Virus record (IMG/VR): IMGVR_UViG_3300045988_179622
Direction: 5' to 3' (one strand)
DNA from: a virus
DNA length: 64,000 bases
Each line of letters starts with the position of its first letter. The stretch's first letter is position 1. The notes below the pieces were generated by a model that was not told the DNA's origin, did not search any database, and saw only the letters and a list, made by a program, of their open reading frames with translations. Made by a program: the position numbers and the translations under genes. Positions 60,871 to 64,000 of the stretch are shown here, in pieces.

Positions 60871-61713
60871 CTACAACAAATGACTTTCTCTTAAATTATT
60901 GAGGTTAAATACTACATAATTATTACTTTTGCCCTCTACACCTTTTAATTCTAATAAACCATAGGTATTTTCTTCTTCATCTAAAGTTGTTCGGCACTCT
61001 TTATAATCTGTTATGTACAAATCTTCATTTAGTAAACTCTTATACTTATTAATTACTATCTTCTCTATATCATCATCATCATTATTATTATTTTCTTCTT
61101 GTGGTTGTTGCTGTTGCTGTTGCTGTTGCTGTTGTTGTTGAGGTAACTTACCTGTATATCTATCTTTGTTTCCTCGATATGTATATAGGTCATTTACATA
61201 TATCTCATTTGTCTTTGTATCTATAATACACAATACATTTATAATACCTTTACTTGTTTTGTACTGTCCTAAATATCCGTTATCCATATAGTAAGCATTT
61301 ATCAATACTGGCTTTTCATCTAAAATTACTTTTCCTGTACTCTTACTATTAACTGTAGTATCTCTATTATTCTTTCCTCTTAAAGCATACACTTGTCCTT
61401 GTTTTTCTGCATATTTCTCAGCATATACAGGTAAGGCTGCTAAACTATATCTCCTATCAGCCATAATATTTTTTTCTTTCCCTTGTATATTTCCTTGTTC
61501 TTTTTCTTTTACTACTTCTCTTTCTGTTGTTGCTTCTTCTTCTTCTTCTTTTGTTGTTGTTATTGTTGTTACATCTACTACTACTTCTTCTTCTACTGCA
61601 TTTACAGGTTTTGCATTGATATAACATCCTCCACATATACTAATAAACAACAATGTCAGCATACTAATTCCAAACTTTATCTTATTGGCTCTTATTCCTT
61701 TATGTAACTTCAA
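60871..61713 (-). CDS. secreted protein with a poly-Gln tract
   Basis: Signal-peptide-like N-terminus. Q13 is coded by (CAA/CAG)n at 61105-61145. Confidence 0.4.
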   Translation of the reverse strand: MKLHKGIRANKIKFGISMLTLLFISICGGCYINAKPVNAVEEEVVVDVTTITTTKEEEEEATTEREVVKEKEQGNIQGKEKNIMADRRYSLAALPVYAEKYAEKQGQVYALRGKNNRDTTVNSKSTGKVILDEKPVLINAYYMDNGYLGQYKTSKGIINVLCIIDTKTNEIYVNDLYTYRGNKDRYTGKLPQQQQQQQQQQQQPQEENNNNDDDDIEKIVINKYKSLLNEDLYITDYKECRTTLDEEENTYGLLELKGVEGKSNNYVVFNLNNLRESHLL

Positions 61714-61783
61714 AATATCTGCACCTCTGTCCTTTCTACCTACTTATTAGGTTGTCCTTATTCTTGTTATTTTTGTTATTGTA

Positions 61784-63520
61784 TCAGTTCTTTGATTTTC
61801 CCCATATATATTCATCTGGTAAACTCTCTGTAACTAACTCTAATATTTCTTCGGCATTTAACTCTGTAATGGTTTTATTATCTTTGACTTTTGTGTCATT
61901 GTCCTTATATGGTTTTGCTAACCTACCACCACCTGCTCCTAAACTATCTAAATTTAATGTGTTTACACATATACTTTCATCTATGTTTCCAATTAATTTA
62001 TTGTACTTTTTTGCTAATGCCTTTGCATTTTGTATATCTTTGGTATTCGCTCCTGTAATATAATACACACCTAGTTTTACTGTATATGATGTACTTTCTA
62101 CGGCTATATAAACATTAGGTGCATACTTTCCTACTATACAAATAACATGACTACTCCAATTTGCTATGTCTCCTGTTTGTAAATCTGTTAAACTGACTGG
62201 TTCTAACCCTCCATTACTTACAAACCCACTTGCTGAACTGTCATATATTCTTGAAGTATCTATTTGATTGTATAACCAACTACAGAAACCACTACAATCT
62301 AAACCTTCTAACTGATGTATTGATATTCCATTCTTTACTAATACCTCATTGTCACATACATCTGACATATTCATAACACCCTTCCAATAAACTGAGTTTC
62401 CAAATATATCTTTTCTCGCTTTTCTATAATCTGTCGCTGTTCTTACAACCTCGCCTCTATACGCACAATTTCCTGTACTTCCGTGTATAGGACACCAAGT
62501 ATTTCCACTTGGACTTATATTACTGGCTTCATTGTCTTTATATTGCTCGTTAAATACAAACCATATAGGACTATATCCGTGGATAGAATGTATTCCGTGT
62601 CCTCCACCCCATACATACCTTACTTTACCCACTAAACCTATTCCTGCTTTCATCATATTGTATCTACTGGTTTCTCCATATACATATGTCGTCTTTTTTA
62701 GTGGTGCATCTTTTATTGCATACTCACTAGCTGACTGCAATAACTTCTCATCTAAACTTAATGCCTGTGCTAGTATTTCTGTATTTTCTATTCCGTACTT
62801 CTTAAATATTGGTATAAACTTCTCATTTATTGTATAGTTTCCTTCCTCCGATATATCTACTACACACTCGTCTTTCTTTTTTGTATTCAATAAATCTGTA
62901 TATAACTGTGCTATCTTTGTTATATCTACATCGTAGTCATATAAACTTTCGTATGCTTCATAAAAGATTATCCTTTCTCTATCTGCTGTATATATTAATT
63001 CTAAATCTTTTCTGTTTTTTGACCTTTTTTCTATTGTTTCTTTTAAATGCTTACTTAATGTCCATAAACAATCAGGTAAATAGTATTCTGAACCCCTTAA
63101 CTGTGCATTTACATTTGTCACAAATGGGCATATTTCAACTTTTGTTGTGTTAAGTAACTTATTCTCAGTCTTTTCAGTATATATATCTGCATCTCTATAT
63201 AAGTAACTTGCATTAAGCCTTATTGCTATTGCTCTTATATAATCTTCACTTAGCCCTAAGTTCTTACTAATTTCAGATATTAAACTTTCTAATCCTGTTG
63301 TATAAATTAGCCTTTCTCCCTCTCCTGAAACATAATAAACCTTACCTTTATCGTTGTTGTTGTTGTTAGTGTTAGTGCTATTGTCCACATTAAAGCTGTA
63401 TTGTCCTTTTTCTTCACTCTCTAAATCTAGTTCTGAGCTTGTCGCACCATATATTACTGTGGAAATTGGGTTGCTTAATATCCCTATAAACAGTAGCACC
63501 GTCATAGCCTTTTTAAACAC
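61784..63520 (-). CDS. secreted cell-wall hydrolase with a C-terminal NlpC/P60-like peptidase domain (lysin)
   Basis: Signal peptide. C-terminal DCSGFCSWLY (catalytic Cys) and SSHVICIVG (His). Confidence 0.6.
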   Translation of the reverse strand: MFKKAMTVLLFIGILSNPISTVIYGATSSELDLESEEKGQYSFNVDNSTNTNNNNNDKGKVYYVSGEGERLIYTTGLESLISEISKNLGLSEDYIRAIAIRLNASYLYRDADIYTEKTENKLLNTTKVEICPFVTNVNAQLRGSEYYLPDCLWTLSKHLKETIEKRSKNRKDLELIYTADRERIIFYEAYESLYDYDVDITKIAQLYTDLLNTKKKDECVVDISEEGNYTINEKFIPIFKKYGIENTEILAQALSLDEKLLQSASEYAIKDAPLKKTTYVYGETSRYNMMKAGIGLVGKVRYVWGGGHGIHSIHGYSPIWFVFNEQYKDNEASNISPSGNTWCPIHGSTGNCAYRGEVVRTATDYRKARKDIFGNSVYWKGVMNMSDVCDNEVLVKNGISIHQLEGLDCSGFCSWLYNQIDTSRIYDSSASGFVSNGGLEPVSLTDLQTGDIANWSSHVICIVGKYAPNVYIAVESTSYTVKLGVYYITGANTKDIQNAKALAKKYNKLIGNIDESICVNTLNLDSLGAGGGRLAKPYKDNDTKVKDNKTITELNAEEILELVTESLPDEYIWGKSKN

Positions 63521-63790
63521 TCTTAAATCTAAACTCCTTTCTTTTTTTGTTTTGTTTTCTTTCTTTTTTTCTTATTATTTTTTTCATCTGGTTCATTTTT
63601 ATATACCTACCTTATATATCCGATATATGTCTCTCATACTAAATGGAAATTCTTTATTTTATTTAATTTTACTTGTATTTTCTTAACCAACCCTAAGCTA
63701 ATGCTTTTAAAAGCATACAAAAAAGCACATCAGATAACTTAATACCCAATGTGCTTCACATCCAATATAGAAATATATAATAAAATTACT

Positions 63791-64000
63791 TTAATCAACT
63801 TCTAATGCAATTACCAAGTCATTATAACAAGTCAACAAGCTGCCTAATAAACCCATATACTGTTCAACTTCAGATAAAAGTGACGATACTTCACTCCCAA
63901 CATCCTTACTTTCACGCAACTTAGCTATATCTACAGGCAAACTCAATAACATTCTCTTTAATTCACTATACTTTACATACTTTTGTTCTATCTCATCTCT
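63791..64000 (-). CDS. 3' end of a gene truncated by the window edge
   Basis: Open frame from the window end to TAA at 63791-63793 (...ELKRMLLSLPVDIAKLRESKDVGSE...). Confidence 0.3.
   Translation of the reverse strand, partial: RDEIEQKYVKYSELKRMLLSLPVDIAKLRESKDVGSEVSSLLSEVEQYMGLLGSLLTCYNDLVIALEVD

Noticed and set aside
1-64000. Possibility that this is eukaryotic or organellar DNA, given Asn/Thr/Gln homopolymer proteins and extreme AT-richness
   Set aside because: There are AGGAGG ribosome-binding sites, bacterial-type tRNAs, and bacterial or phage domain content (Tad, HU, Dam, NrdD). Genes are intron-less, contiguous and overlapping.
1-64000. Alternative genetic code (stop-codon reassignment)
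   Set aside because: Long uninterrupted ORFs (up to 1264 codons) exist under the standard code and end at consistent stops. No in-frame stop readthrough is needed to recover conserved domains.

Overview
The window is visibly AT-rich and every credible gene lies on the minus strand, which fits a phage or plasmid-like mobile element of a low-GC, Firmicutes-type host. AGGAGG-type ribosome-binding sites sit in front of several genes. I see about 60 protein-coding genes, three intact tRNAs (Gln-UUG, Arg-CCU, Gly-UCC) and one degenerate tRNA-Gly copy. Recognisable genes include an anaerobic ribonucleotide reductase NrdD carrying two inteins, a polymerase-domain-only family-A DNA polymerase, an HU-like protein and RNase HI. 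There are also PHP and DHH phosphoesterases, four DNA methyltransferases (one with a G9 homopolymer inside its SAM-binding motif) and an RlmN/Cfr-like radical-SAM methyltransferase. Other calls are two HipA-like kinases, a TnpB/Fanzor-like RuvC nuclease followed by a HicB-like gene, an FtsH protease and an SPFH/flotillin protein. A complete Tad-like, secretin-less type IV filament cluster (CpaB, TadZ, TadA/CpaF, TadB, TadC, pilin-like proteins) ends near an NlpC/P60 lysin. The most unusual part is the 2.4 kb noncoding region at 29.6-32.0 kb. It holds iteron-like repeats, duplicated tRNA-Gly, and three CRISPR-like mini-arrays with 36-bp repeats and 29-31-bp unique spacers. Read in transcription direction the repeat runs GTTTAGAG...AAAC, and each array is followed by a conserved leader-like element of roughly 200 bp that ends in a promoter-like motif. 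That motif, CTTAAGT-N5-ATGYCCCCC, is 21 bp long. It recurs about 17 times in one orientation in intergenic regions across the window. No cas genes are visible in the window. Coding regions also carry recurrent (AATAGT)n, (CAA)n and (ACA)n microsatellites.
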